DNA of 56,540 nt from Candidatus Zixiibacteriota bacterium. GTDB taxonomy: Bacteria; Zixibacteria; MSB-5A5; GN15; FEB-12. The position numbers and the translations under genes were made by a program. Position 1 is the first letter of the stretch, and the number at the start of each line of letters is the position of its first letter. The notes beneath the pieces are model-generated. The model saw only the letters and a program-made list of their open reading frames with translations. It did not search any database and had not been told where the DNA came from. The DNA lies in assembly GCA_041742355.1 (NCBI GenBank), contig JBGSIV010000215.1:1-56540 (forward strand). The letters run 5' to 3'. Shown here one piece after another: positions 27,523 through 37,033 of the stretch.

Positions 27523-28810
27523 CGGGAGGTGCGGCGGGAGCGGCGGTCGGGACGGCCGGGGATTCGTAGGCGAGGAAGGCGCGGAAGGGGGCGTTGAATG
27601 CGACCGCGAGCGACAGCAGGGTCGATGCGCCGCCGCACAGGAGAATGATCAGGGGGATATTCTGATTCAGCAGGTCGGCCACGACACCCGAGAGGCCCAT
27701 GGCAATCGGGGTGAGGCCGCCCGCGAGTGTCCCCAGCAGCCCAAAAACGCGGCCGCGAATCTCCGAGGGCGTGGTGGCCTGCATGATTGTCCCAATGCTG
27801 ATATTCACGAAGCCGTTCACGATTCCCATCAGCGTGAAAACAACCAGGGCGACAACGCGTGAGGTGACCAGGCCAAGCAGACCGAACAGGATGGACATGG
27901 TGACGATGGCGGCGATGACGAGCGCGGAACGGACGGGGCCGCGCAGCCGGAGAGTCCCGGCAAACAGGTAACCGACCATCGAGCCGATCCCAAGCGCGGC
28001 CATCATGTAGCCGAACCAGTCCGGAGTGGCGTGCAGGAAGTCCTCGACGAAGAACGGCAGGAGCACGATAATCGGGACGAGGAGAAAGTTCAGAAAGGCC
28101 GCGACGAGGAAGAGGTTGCGCAGGCCGATGTTGCGCCAGACATAGTGGAAGCCCTCGGTGGTGCCGGTCTTGAAGCGGTCGAGTATCGCCCGGTAGCCTT
28201 TGGCCTTCTCGGGAATAACCTGGGGGATCGTGATCAACGTTTCGCTGGCGGCGGAAAATAGGTACGTGAGGCCGTCGATGAGGAACAGCACGGGCGCCCC
28301 AAGCAGGCGGAAAGCGACGCCGCCGAGCCCCTGACCGATGAAGCCGGAGATCTGGTCGGAGAAGCGACTCATCGAGTTCGCGCCGGCGAGGCGATCGGGG
28401 GGCACCAGGTCGGGAATCGAGGCCGAGATGGCGGGGCGGAAAAAGGCCCCGACCGTGGTCATGAAGACAGAAGCTATGAACAGCCAGGCAACACCGAGAT
28501 CGATCCGGTCGGGAAAGAAGAACAGGACAGCCGCCAGCGAGATAGAGGCGAGGCCGCAGAGAATATCCGACCAGACGATGATCCACTTGCGGGAGTGGGA
28601 GTCGGCAAAGGTCCCGGCAAAGGGGCCGAGGAGCACCGACGGAATGGTGGAGGCCATCATGAGCGTACCCATGAGGGTGGCGGAGTCGGTGGCGTGTTTG
28701 ATCCAGAACATCATGGCCACGGTAAAGGCCTGACTGCCAAGTTGCGAAACCAACTGGCCCTGCCAGAGGAGTACGAAGTTGCGGTTGAGCAGGCGGGTTG
28801 GGGTGGTCAT
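27485..28810 (-). CDS. MFS transporter (DHA3/macrolide-efflux-like)
   Basis: NRNFVLLWQGQLVSQLGS, GTFADSHSRK, about 12 TM segments, RGRVFG. Confidence 0.9.
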   Translation of the reverse strand: MTTPTRLLNRNFVLLWQGQLVSQLGSQAFTVAMMFWIKHATDSATLMGTLMMASTIPSVLLGPFAGTFADSHSRKWIIVWSDILCGLASISLAAVLFFFPDRIDLGVAWLFIASVFMTTVGAFFRPAISASIPDLVPPDRLAGANSMSRFSDQISGFIGQGLGGVAFRLLGAPVLFLIDGLTYLFSAASETLITIPQVIPEKAKGYRAILDRFKTGTTEGFHYVWRNIGLRNLFLVAAFLNFLLVPIIVLLPFFVEDFLHATPDWFGYMMAALGIGSMVGYLFAGTLRLRGPVRSALVIAAIVTMSILFGLLGLVTSRVVALVVFTLMGIVNGFVNISIGTIMQATTPSEIRGRVFGLLGTLAGGLTPIAMGLSGVVADLLNQNIPLIILLCGGASTLLSLAVAFNAPFRAFLAYESPAVPTAAPAAPPATDIPEVPPVTQ

Positions 28811-28963
28811 GATGGGTTATTCGAGGGTGAAGCTGAGATTGTTTCGGGAGGGTCGCAAATCTCCAGTCGGGACGGTTTGAGTATCACATTACAATAGGAA
28901 TGTGAAGCCGGGAGCGCCAGATTTAAGTTGAAATAGTGGGCGGAAGGCATTTTATACCACAGT

Positions 28964-29455
28964 ATGCGAGTACTGGGTATAGATCCCGGGTTGATTGTCA
29001 CCGGCTACGGTGTAATCGAAGCGACGCGGGATGTCTGCCGGGTGCTCGAGGCCGGGGTGGTGCGGACCAACATAAAGGCGAGTATGGCGTTGCGACTGCG
29101 CGAGTTAGCGGTCGAAGTTGAAGCGATAATTAAGCAGTTTGAACCCGAGATTCTGGCGGTCGAGGAGTTGTATTCGCACTACGGACATCCGAAAACCGCG
29201 ATCATCATGGGGCACGCCCGCGGGATCGTGTTTCTGAAAGCGGCCGAGGCAGGATTGACGGTTATACCGTATGCTTCGACCCGGATCAAGAAGTCACTCA
29301 CCGGCAATGGCCGGGCGAGTAAACGTCAGATGCAGCGGATGATTACCTCGGCGCTGGCGCTGGGAAAGGTGCCGGAGCCGCCGGACGCCGCGGATGCGCT
29401 GGCGGTGGCGTTGTGCCACTGCCGGGCGATGGCCCACAACGAGGCAGGCAAATGA
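28964..29455 (+). CDS. ruvC: Holliday junction resolvase
   Basis: LGIDPG, AVEE, GHARG, TGNGRASK, DAADALAVA. Confidence 0.96.
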   Translation: MRVLGIDPGLIVTGYGVIEATRDVCRVLEAGVVRTNIKASMALRLRELAVEVEAIIKQFEPEILAVEELYSHYGHPKTAIIMGHARGIVFLKAAEAGLTVIPYASTRIKKSLTGNGRASKRQMQRMITSALALGKVPEPPDAADALAVALCHCRAMAHNEAGK

Positions 29456-30105
29456 TCAGTCGGATTTCAGGACGGCTCAGCGAGATACATGACGACACCG
29501 CGCTGATCGAGAACAACGGGCTGCACTACGAGGTCATGGTGCCGTCGGCCCTGGCCGAGCGGCTTCGGCAGGAGGGGAAGATCGACCAGCAGATCAGCCT
29601 CGAAACGGTATACTCTATCGAAGCGGGGGATCGGAAGTCGGCCCACTATCCGCGGCTGGTCGGGTTCATCAGCCCGATTGATCGCGAATTTTTCTCGGTC
29701 CTGACCCATGTGTCGGGGCTGGGTGTAAAAAAAGCGTTGAAGTCCCTGACAATTCCGATCCGGGAGATCGCTGTCGCGATCGAGGAAAAAGATACCGCGC
29801 GGCTGAACCGGCTGCCGGGGATCGGGGCACGGCTGGCGAGCAAGATTATCGCCGAACTTCACGGCAAGGTGGCCAAGTTCGCCCTGATGAAAGAAGGGGA
29901 GCCGCTGTCGACACCTCCCGTTGAAGAGCCGGAACCGCTGGCGGACGAGGCGCGGGAAATCCTGGTCCAGCTCGGTTACAACCGCGGCGAGGCGGAGCGG
30001 ATGATCGAGGCGGCGATGAAAACGCAGCCGAAGGTGGATCGGGTCGAGGATTTGATCACGATCCTGTTTAAGAATGAACAGCGAAAGAAGGCGACGGATA
30101 AATGA
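29452..30105 (+). CDS. ruvA: Holliday junction branch migration protein RuvA
   Basis: MISRISG, VSGLGVK and LPGIG helix-hairpin-helix motifs, LVQLGY; sits between ruvC and ruvB. Confidence 0.92.
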   Translation: MISRISGRLSEIHDDTALIENNGLHYEVMVPSALAERLRQEGKIDQQISLETVYSIEAGDRKSAHYPRLVGFISPIDREFFSVLTHVSGLGVKKALKSLTIPIREIAVAIEEKDTARLNRLPGIGARLASKIIAELHGKVAKFALMKEGEPLSTPPVEEPEPLADEAREILVQLGYNRGEAERMIEAAMKTQPKVDRVEDLITILFKNEQRKKATDK

Positions 30106-31130
30106 CGCGGGAGCGGATCGTATCGGGCGAGCAGATTCTGCCGGATGAAGACAAGGCGTTCGTTACGCTGCGTCCGAACAAGCTTTCGGAATATATCGGG
30201 CAGAATAAGTTACGCGGCAAACTACAAGTGACGCTTGATGCCGCGCGGGGGCGGTCGGAGGCGGTCGAGCACATGCTGTTCTACGGCCCGCCGGGACTGG
30301 GCAAGACCACGCTCGCGCACATTATCGCCAACGAGATGGGAACGAAGTTGGTGGCGACCGCGGGGCCGGCGCTCCAGCGCGCGGGGGACTTGATGGGGAT
30401 TCTCACCAATCTCGAGGAAGGGGATATCCTCTTTATCGACGAGATCCACCGTCTGGCGCCGGTGATCGAGGAGTTCATCTACCCGGCGATGGAGGATTTC
30501 AAAGTTGATTTCGTGGTCGACAAGGGGGCGTTCGCCAAAGTGATCAATGTCCCCCTCAAGCCGTTTACCCTGATCGGGGCGACCACCCGGGCGGGCTTCT
30601 TGTCGGCCCCGCTGCGGGATCGGTTCGGCCTGTACTACCACCTGGATTTCTACCCGCCGGAGGAGTTGGCCGAGATCGTCCTGCGATCGGCCAAACTGCT
30701 CAACACGGCGATCCTCAACGAGGCGGCCGAGACCATTTCGCGCCGGGCGCGGGGGACGCCGCGAATCGCGAACAGGCTGCTTCGGCGCGTGCGGGATTTT
30801 GCCGAGGTGAAGAACAAAGGGGAGATTACGAGCGAGATCGCCGAGATGGCGCTCGATGCCGAGGGGATCGACAGCCTCGGGCTGGACAGCCTCGACCGGA
30901 ACATGCTGAAGGTGATAATCGAGTACTATAAGGGGGGGCCGGTCGGGATCGAGGCGCTGGGGGCGACGCTCAATGAAGAGGTCAATACCCTCGTGGATAT
31001 GGTGGAGCCGTATTTGCTGAAGATCGGGTTTGTGAAGCGGACTCGTCGGGGACGGATGGCCTCGGAGGCGGCGGCGAAACACCTGGGGTTGCACATTCCG
31101 CAGGATGGGGGGCAGCAAAGGTTGTTGTAG
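30102..31130 (+). CDS. ruvB: Holliday junction helicase RuvB
   Basis: GPPGLGKTT, FIDEIHRL, GATTRAG, RGTPRIANRLLRRVRD, EPYL. Confidence 0.98.
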   Translation: MTRERIVSGEQILPDEDKAFVTLRPNKLSEYIGQNKLRGKLQVTLDAARGRSEAVEHMLFYGPPGLGKTTLAHIIANEMGTKLVATAGPALQRAGDLMGILTNLEEGDILFIDEIHRLAPVIEEFIYPAMEDFKVDFVVDKGAFAKVINVPLKPFTLIGATTRAGFLSAPLRDRFGLYYHLDFYPPEELAEIVLRSAKLLNTAILNEAAETISRRARGTPRIANRLLRRVRDFAEVKNKGEITSEIAEMALDAEGIDSLGLDSLDRNMLKVIIEYYKGGPVGIEALGATLNEEVNTLVDMVEPYLLKIGFVKRTRRGRMASEAAAKHLGLHIPQDGGQQRLL

Positions 31131-31250
31131 GGGGGATTGCGGCACATGTGGACATGTGCCGCACACAAGGCGTGGACGGGTGTCGACCAAAGGCGCGGGT
31201 CGAACGAAGGCGCGGGTCGACCATAGGCGCGGGTCGACCACAGGGGCGGG
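31127..31250. repeat. Palindrome plus 17-bp tandem repeat
   Basis: Hairpin TGCGGCACATGT-GG-ACATGTGCCGCA; AGGCGCGGGTCGA(a/c)(c)(g/a)N repeated three times at 31191-31241. Confidence 0.75.
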
Positions 31251-31378
31251 GACGGGTTCCCCGACCCGAGTGCCAGTCGAAGTGAGCCGGGTTTGTATGA
31301 ACCCGGCGTTGTTGTTTTGGGATCCATCAAACACGGTTCAGCGTTGCGTCCGGGAGGATTTGACGCGTACATTCCCGT

Positions 31379-32044
31379 ATGACACAAGAACTATGGACTG
31401 CGGTTGACCGGTATGTCGAGGACCTGCTGGTCGGGGAGGATCCGGTACTGGTCGAGGCGCTCAAAGACAGCGACGCGGCCGGGTTGCCGTCGATCCAGGT
31501 CTCACCGGCACAGGGGAAATGGCTGTATATCCTGGCGTTTGCGATGAAGGCCCGAAAGATCCTCGAGATGGGAACCCTGGGCGGGTACAGCACTATCTGG
31601 CTGGGACGCGCCTTGCCGGAGGACGGGCACCTCATTTCGCTGGAGTACGAGCCGAGACACGCCGAGGTGGCGCGGAGAAACATCGCCCGGGCCGGACTGG
31701 AACGGAAAGTCGACGTGCGGGTCGGGGCGGCGCTGGACAGCCTGCCGGAGATCGAAAAAGAAGGAGCCGGGCCATTCGATCTGATCTTTATCGATGCGGA
31801 CAAAGAAAACTACCCCGGCTACTTTGAATGGGCGGTCAAGCTGGCGCGGCCGGGGAGTCTGGTAATCGCCGACAACGTGGTGCGCCACGGCGAGGTAGTC
31901 AAGCCGGAGAGCGAGGATCCACGGGTGCATGCGGTCCGTCGGATGATGGAGATGATGGCGTCCGATGGGCGGGTGAGCGCGACCGTGCTGCAGACAGTTG
32001 GGGTGAAGGGGTTCGATGGATTCGCGGTGGCGGTAATCGCGTAG
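31379..32044 (+). CDS. SAM-dependent O-methyltransferase (Methyltransf_3)
   Basis: ILEMGTLGGYSTIW, FDLIFIDADKENYP, IADNVV. Confidence 0.93.
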   Translation: MTQELWTAVDRYVEDLLVGEDPVLVEALKDSDAAGLPSIQVSPAQGKWLYILAFAMKARKILEMGTLGGYSTIWLGRALPEDGHLISLEYEPRHAEVARRNIARAGLERKVDVRVGAALDSLPEIEKEGAGPFDLIFIDADKENYPGYFEWAVKLARPGSLVIADNVVRHGEVVKPESEDPRVHAVRRMMEMMASDGRVSATVLQTVGVKGFDGFAVAVIA

Positions 32045-32237
32045 GGGGTATTGAAAGGGGGATGAGGGAGGGCCGGGGCGAGTAGGGGGAGGCCTTGCGT
32101 CGCCCCCGGGTTCACCGCGCGGACATGCAGAGTGTGCCCGAACCACAAGACCGGAGAGCAGAATTCTCAAAAGAACCGGTCCGTCGGTGCCGACAATGGA
32201 TGCGGACGACTAAACGAAAAAGGGGCTGGCTACCTAT

Positions 32238-32522
32238 ATGGAAGACGACATTCACCTGCTGTTCGAAGCAATGCTCGGGCAAATGTACCCGCCGGGGCAG
32301 GATCCTCGGTCGACCGTGGCCGTGCTGATGACCGAAACAATCCGGTTTCGCGACAAGCTGAAAACGGAGACTGGACAGGTGTTGACAGTAAACGACACGC
32401 GGATTGCTGTCGAGGCGCTGGAGCACTACCTCAGCGAAAAGAGGCTGCCGTCGGGGCTGACCGATGAACAGCGGGCGCTGGCGCAGATCTATGTGGATCG
32501 TCTGACGGTGTTCGGGGGGTAG
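32238..32522 (+). CDS. Small hypothetical protein (94 aa)
   Basis: Protein-like composition, host-like codon usage, fills an intergenic gap. Confidence 0.65.
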   Translation: MEDDIHLLFEAMLGQMYPPGQDPRSTVAVLMTETIRFRDKLKTETGQVLTVNDTRIAVEALEHYLSEKRLPSGLTDEQRALAQIYVDRLTVFGG

Positions 32523-32524
32523 GG

Positions 32525-33220
32525 CTACTGTGCGGAAGGTTCGCTGCTCATTTTGAAGGAGATGTACCTCTCGGAGTTCTCGGGAAGTGAGAGTGTGATT
32601 GTATCCGGGCGAGCTACGTCTTCCCATTTCAGCACGGCGGTGAGAGATGATCCGAGCCCCCGGCCAAGACGCATGGATTCCGCATTCAAGAAAAAGATGT
32701 CACTTTCATTCCACCAACTGTCCTGTGGAGCCTTCCACCGCCATCTCAGCAGCAGGACACCAGAGTGATCGAGCAACTCGAACAGCTCATACCCAACTTG
32801 ATCGTAGAAAGAAGCGTCGATCAACCGGAATTGTTGCCAATCGGCCTCGCCGTCGAGCACGAACTCATCTTCGGCGGACGTGGGGTTGATAATGAAGATG
32901 TGACTGTTTGGATTGGACTCCCCCCAATACGTATAGGCGACAAGCAAGTGGTTCCGCAACTCGAAAAGATCGGCACGGACAGACAGCGCGTGCAGTTGGA
33001 CAAGGGTACGCAGCTGGTCGAATTCACCGCACACATCGTGCTCAACGATGTCCAGGCGGCCGTTTCCGGAAGGCCCGTCCTGCAGGGAGCGGGCAGTATA
33101 GCACCGCCCGGCAAATGCAACGGAGGATCGCGTGTCCCAATGCATGTCGCACCCTGCGAGCAACCCTGCTGTAATGAGACCGAGCGATGCGATCAATATT
33201 CTGACGTTACGATTCTTCAT
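32525..33220 (-). CDS. Hypothetical lipoprotein
   Basis: Lipobox LLAG-C; TTGACA/TATTAT promoter-like elements upstream; AT-richer than neighbours. Confidence 0.7.
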   Translation of the reverse strand: MKNRNVRILIASLGLITAGLLAGCDMHWDTRSSVAFAGRCYTARSLQDGPSGNGRLDIVEHDVCGEFDQLRTLVQLHALSVRADLFELRNHLLVAYTYWGESNPNSHIFIINPTSAEDEFVLDGEADWQQFRLIDASFYDQVGYELFELLDHSGVLLLRWRWKAPQDSWWNESDIFFLNAESMRLGRGLGSSLTAVLKWEDVARPDTITLSLPENSERYISFKMSSEPSAQ

Positions 33221-33337
33221 AGATTCGAAGTGGCCGAACCAAGATCAACTGGGAGCTGCAATTATTGTGAATAATAGGTTGTTCAATCACGCCCGTGTCA
33301 AGATTTAAGCAAGTCGGGAGTACGGGCCAGCTGTCTC

Positions 33338-33365
33338 GAACTTCCGGTGGTAGTTCGGCCGTAAA
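33338..33365 (+). promoter_or_regulatory. ECF-type promoter candidate
   Basis: GAACTT-N16-CGTAAA ending 7 nt before the ATG at 33373. Confidence 0.45.
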
Positions 33366-33372
33366 CTAGATT

Positions 33373-33588
33373 ATGTTACCTCAAATTGGCAAAATGCTCG
33401 TGGGGTTGGGGGTGGTCATTGTAGTGATCGGGTTGGTGCTCTGGTTCTCGGACCGGATCCCTTGGCTGGGGAGGTTGCCGGGGGATATTCTGATCAAGCG
33501 GGAGAAGGTGACGATTTATTTCCCGATTGTGACAATGGTGGTGCTGTCGATACTGGTGACGATTATATTCAACTTGTTTCGGAAGTAG
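33373..33588 (+). CDS. DUF2905 family small membrane protein
   Basis: WLGRLPGDI...IYFPIVT; usual position between ruvB and queA. Confidence 0.9.
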   Translation: MLPQIGKMLVGLGVVIVVIGLVLWFSDRIPWLGRLPGDILIKREKVTIYFPIVTMVVLSILVTIIFNLFRK

Positions 33589-33805
33589 GTCGGGTTCCGG
33601 AGCGAGCGCCGAAGGCGCGACGCGGAGAAACCCGACAGGTTAAGGTTCAATAATGCCTCGTCGGGTTTCTCGGCGCGGGCGCCTCAGACCCGACGTACGC
33701 AGGGACAAACACAAGTCTGTCCGTGGCAGGAAGGCGGCCCACCATAAATGGTGGGCCACAAAGTCAAAGGCAAAAGGCATGGATTCCGGCTTTCGCCGGA
33801 ATGAC
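33585..33805. repeat. Cluster of four REP-like palindromes
   Basis: GTAG-GTCGGGTT...AACCCGAC; GTCGGGTT...GACCCGAC-GTAC; GGCCCACCAT-AA-ATGGTGGGCC (33736-33757); TGGATTCCGGCTTTCGCCGGAATGAC (33780-33805). Confidence 0.75.
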
Positions 33806-33823
33806 ATTTTCTATTATTCGGCT

Positions 33824-34861
33824 ATGGACATAAACCTCTTTGACTACACACTCCCCCCGGACCTGATTGCCCAGGAGCCGGCGCGCAAACGGGATGAATC
33901 AAGGCTCATGATTGTCGACCGCCAGAAGCCGGGGTATGTCATCCATCCGTTTCGACGGGTGATGGAGTACCTTGAGCCCGGGGATGCGATGGTGGTCAAC
34001 GACACCAAAGTGTTCAAGGCGCGGCTTTATGCCTATCGGAAGACGGGGGCGAAGATCGAGGTCTTCCTCGTTCGTCCGGCCGTCGGGGTCGAAGGGGAGG
34101 TCTGGGTGGCGCTGGTAAGCCCGACCAAGCGGTTGTCGGAAGGGGAGGATCTCCTATTCGACGAGGACCGCGTGACCCTCGCCGAGTACCAGGGGGAGGG
34201 ACGGTGGCTGGTGCAGTTTCAGTCACGGACAGCGCGGGATCGGATCGTCGCGCGGCACGGGCACGTCCCGCTGCCACACTATATCAAGCGCGATGACTTG
34301 CCCAACGACATCCGTCGCTACCAGACAGTCTTCGCCGGGTCGGACCGCTTGGGGGCGGTGGCGGCGCCGACAGCCGGATTCCACTTCACCCGCAGCCTGC
34401 TGGGATCGATTCGGGAGCGGGGGATAGAGGTGATCCGCGTGACGCTCCATGTCGGGCCGGGCACCTTCAAGCCGGTGAGCGCGGGGACAATCGAAGAACA
34501 CGTGGTGGACGCCGAATTCGCCGAGCTGTCAGTGTCGGCAGCGGCCGAAATCAACGCCGTACGAGCGAAAGGGGGGAGGATCGTGGCGGTCGGAACCACG
34601 AGTGTCCGGACGCTGGAATCGGCAGCGACCGAACGCGGCCGGGTCGAGCCGTTGTCGCGGATGGTGGATCTGTATATCAAGCCGGGGTACCAGTTCAAGG
34701 TGGTGGACCGAATGATCACGAATTTCCACCTGCCGAAATCATCCCTCCTGATTCTCGTGTCGGCGTTCGCGGGGAGGGAGCGGATTCTGGAGGCCTACCG
34801 GTATGCCGTGGAGCAGCGGATGCGGTTTTACAGTTACGGGGATGCGATGTTGATAGTGTAG
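33824..34861 (+). CDS. queA: S-adenosylmethionine:tRNA ribosyltransferase-isomerase
   Basis: FDYTLPPDLIAQEP, VPLPHYI, AVAAPTAGFHF, HVGPGTF, TNFHLPKS, FYSYGDAM. Confidence 0.97.
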   Translation: MDINLFDYTLPPDLIAQEPARKRDESRLMIVDRQKPGYVIHPFRRVMEYLEPGDAMVVNDTKVFKARLYAYRKTGAKIEVFLVRPAVGVEGEVWVALVSPTKRLSEGEDLLFDEDRVTLAEYQGEGRWLVQFQSRTARDRIVARHGHVPLPHYIKRDDLPNDIRRYQTVFAGSDRLGAVAAPTAGFHFTRSLLGSIRERGIEVIRVTLHVGPGTFKPVSAGTIEEHVVDAEFAELSVSAAAEINAVRAKGGRIVAVGTTSVRTLESAATERGRVEPLSRMVDLYIKPGYQFKVVDRMITNFHLPKSSLLILVSAFAGRERILEAYRYAVEQRMRFYSYGDAMLIV

Positions 34862-35099
34862 GGGACGTACGGGTGTCAAATCCCCCGCAGCAGAGGTGGC
34901 TGGGCGGGCGTCAGGGGTGTTCTTGAAGCTGGACGCGAGATTGAAGGTGGCAAAGGGGATTTGACCTACGGCAGCATATGACATCTGGGGAACCCACAGC
35001 AAGCTATGGGGTACTCAATCAAATGTGAAGTTCTTCCTGCCAGATAGGGGCAGATGACGGAGAAAGGAAAGACTGGATTCCGGCGTTCGCCGGAATGAC
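34858..35099. repeat. REP-like cluster
   Basis: Inverted pair GTCAAATCCCC (34875-34885) / GGGGATTTGAC-CTAC (34955-34969); TGGATTCCGGCGTTCGCCGGAATGAC (35074-35099), one mismatch from 33780-33805. Confidence 0.7.
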
Positions 35100-35210
35100 A
35101 TTCTCTTAGCACACTTTGAGTTTCCGGCCGGCGAAATGCTCCCAGCCCACCTCTCGTTGCCCCGGTAAAAACCTTGTTTCAGGCGCGTTTCCCGGCATAT
35201 ATTCGTGCCC

Positions 35211-35930
35211 ATGAACAGCAGACCCTCACATGTCGGTGCGGTCATAGTAGCCGGAGGAAGCTCCACCCGGCTGGGCGGCGATATTCCCAAGCAGTTCCGG
35301 GAGATCGCCGGACGGCCGCTTCTGTCATGGACTATCAGCCGGTTTCAGGCAGCCCAATCGATCGACTCGATCGTTGTGGTGGTGGCCGAGGAGTACCTGC
35401 TGTACACGAGCGAGAAAGTAGTCGATGCGTACGGGTTCCAGAAAGTCCGCAAGATCGTAATCGGCGGCGATGAGCGCCGTGAATCGGTCCGCCGGGGACT
35501 TGAGGCGCTGCCGTTTTCGACCACAATCGCAGCGATCCACGATGGCGCCCGCCCACTCGTGAGCCCGGTCGATATCGAGCGGGTGGTGGCGGCGGCCCAG
35601 AAAGACCGGGCGGCGATCCTGGCGGCGCCGGTGGCGGATACACTCAAGCGGGTGCGCGACGGATTCATCATCACGACAGTCGATCGGGCCCATCTGTACG
35701 CCGCGCAGACGCCGCAGGTGTTCCAGTTCGACCTGATTCTGGAAGCGCATCGGGCGGCGGCCGAAGGGTCGGAACTGTTTACCGACGACGCCTCGATGAT
35801 CGAAGCGCGCGGGTTCAAGGTGACCGTTGTCGAGCCGACCGGCCCGAATATGAAAGTGACCAGCAGGGAAGACCTGATCGTGGCAGAGGCATTGCTGGCG
35901 AGGGAAATTCCGAAGGAGCATCATGGATAA
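35211..35930 (+). CDS. ispD: 2-C-methyl-D-erythritol 4-phosphate cytidylyltransferase
   Basis: [34 protein letters not shown]. Confidence 0.95.
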   Translation: MNSRPSHVGAVIVAGGSSTRLGGDIPKQFREIAGRPLLSWTISRFQAAQSIDSIVVVVAEEYLLYTSEKVVDAYGFQKVRKIVIGGDERRESVRRGLEALPFSTTIAAIHDGARPLVSPVDIERVVAAAQKDRAAILAAPVADTLKRVRDGFIITTVDRAHLYAAQTPQVFQFDLILEAHRAAAEGSELFTDDASMIEARGFKVTVVEPTGPNMKVTSREDLIVAEALLAREIPKEHHG

Positions 35931-36411
35931 GCTGCGAATCGGGCAGGGGTTTGATGTACACGCGTTTGCCGAGGGGCGCGATCTCGTGATCGGCGGGGTG
36001 GTGATTCCGCATGAAAAAGGCCTCCTGGGCCACTCCGACGCCGACGTCCTCCTCCATGCGATCATGGATGCCCTTTTGGGTGCGGCCGGACTGCCAGATA
36101 TCGGCCAGCAGTTCCCGCCGACGGACCCGGCCTATGAGCACGCCGATTCGGCGGTGCTCCTGTCGCGGGTGGGGCAGATGGTTCGGGCAGCGGGGTTCGG
36201 AAAGATACTGAATATCGACGCGATCATCATGGCAGAATGCCCGAAAATGAACCCCCACATCCCGGCGATGCGCAAAGCGATTGCCGACGTGCTGCATATC
36301 AAGGTGGAGCAGGTCAATATCAAGGCGACGACCACCGAGCGGCTCGGGTTTGTCGGACGGGAGGAGGGGATCGCGGCGAGCGCGGTGTGTCTGGTGGCGG
36401 GCAATGACTGA
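35923..36411 (+). CDS. ispF: 2-C-methyl-D-erythritol 2,4-cyclodiphosphate synthase
   Basis: [32 protein letters not shown]. Confidence 0.96.
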   Translation: MDKLRIGQGFDVHAFAEGRDLVIGGVVIPHEKGLLGHSDADVLLHAIMDALLGAAGLPDIGQQFPPTDPAYEHADSAVLLSRVGQMVRAAGFGKILNIDAIIMAECPKMNPHIPAMRKAIADVLHIKVEQVNIKATTTERLGFVGREEGIAASAVCLVAGND

Positions 36412-37033
36412 GGATCCGGAACAGATCGGCCGCTACCTCGATTACATCTTCGCCTACGGGCCGTTCTGGGTGTATGCCGCGCTTTTCGCGGCCTGCTTCG
36501 TCGAAAACGTCCTGCCGCCATTCCCGGGAGACAGCTTCATCGCCGCGGCCGGCGTGCTGGTCGCCGCCGATCGGTTGACGCTGATGAGCAGTTTCCTCAC
36601 CGTGGTCGCGGGTGGCATGAGTTCGGTCATGGTCATGTATGTTCTGGGCCGTCGATACGGCCGGGAGTTCTTCCTGCGGAAGGACTACCGCTACTTCTCG
36701 GCCGAGGATATCGGGCACTTCGAACGAAGCCTCAATCGGTGGGGCGGGCTCCTGATGGTTTCGTCGCGGTTTGTGGTCGGGTTTCGCAGCGCAATCGCGG
36801 TGGGGGCGGGGATCGCGCGGTATCCGTCGATCCGGATGGTATTGTATTCGACCGTGTCGTACGTGCTGTTTACCGCGGCGATCTTTTACCTGGCGATGGT
36901 GGTGGTCGACAATCTGGATCGGATCGCCGACTACTTCCGGACCTATAATATGATAGTCTGGCCGATCGTGGTGGTCGCGGTGGCGGCCCTGGTGGTGTGG
37001 AAAATACAGCGAGTGAGAGCGAGGATGCGATGA
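36404..37033 (+). CDS. DedA family membrane protein
   Basis: [24 protein letters not shown]. Confidence 0.9.
   Translation: MTEDPEQIGRYLDYIFAYGPFWVYAALFAACFVENVLPPFPGDSFIAAAGVLVAADRLTLMSSFLTVVAGGMSSVMVMYVLGRRYGREFFLRKDYRYFSAEDIGHFERSLNRWGGLLMVSSRFVVGFRSAIAVGAGIARYPSIRMVLYSTVSYVLFTAAIFYLAMVVVDNLDRIADYFRTYNMIVWPIVVVAVAALVVWKIQRVRARMR

Noticed and set aside
33653..33823. N-terminal extension of QueA
   Set aside because: It is translated repeat DNA; QueA homology begins at ATG 33824.
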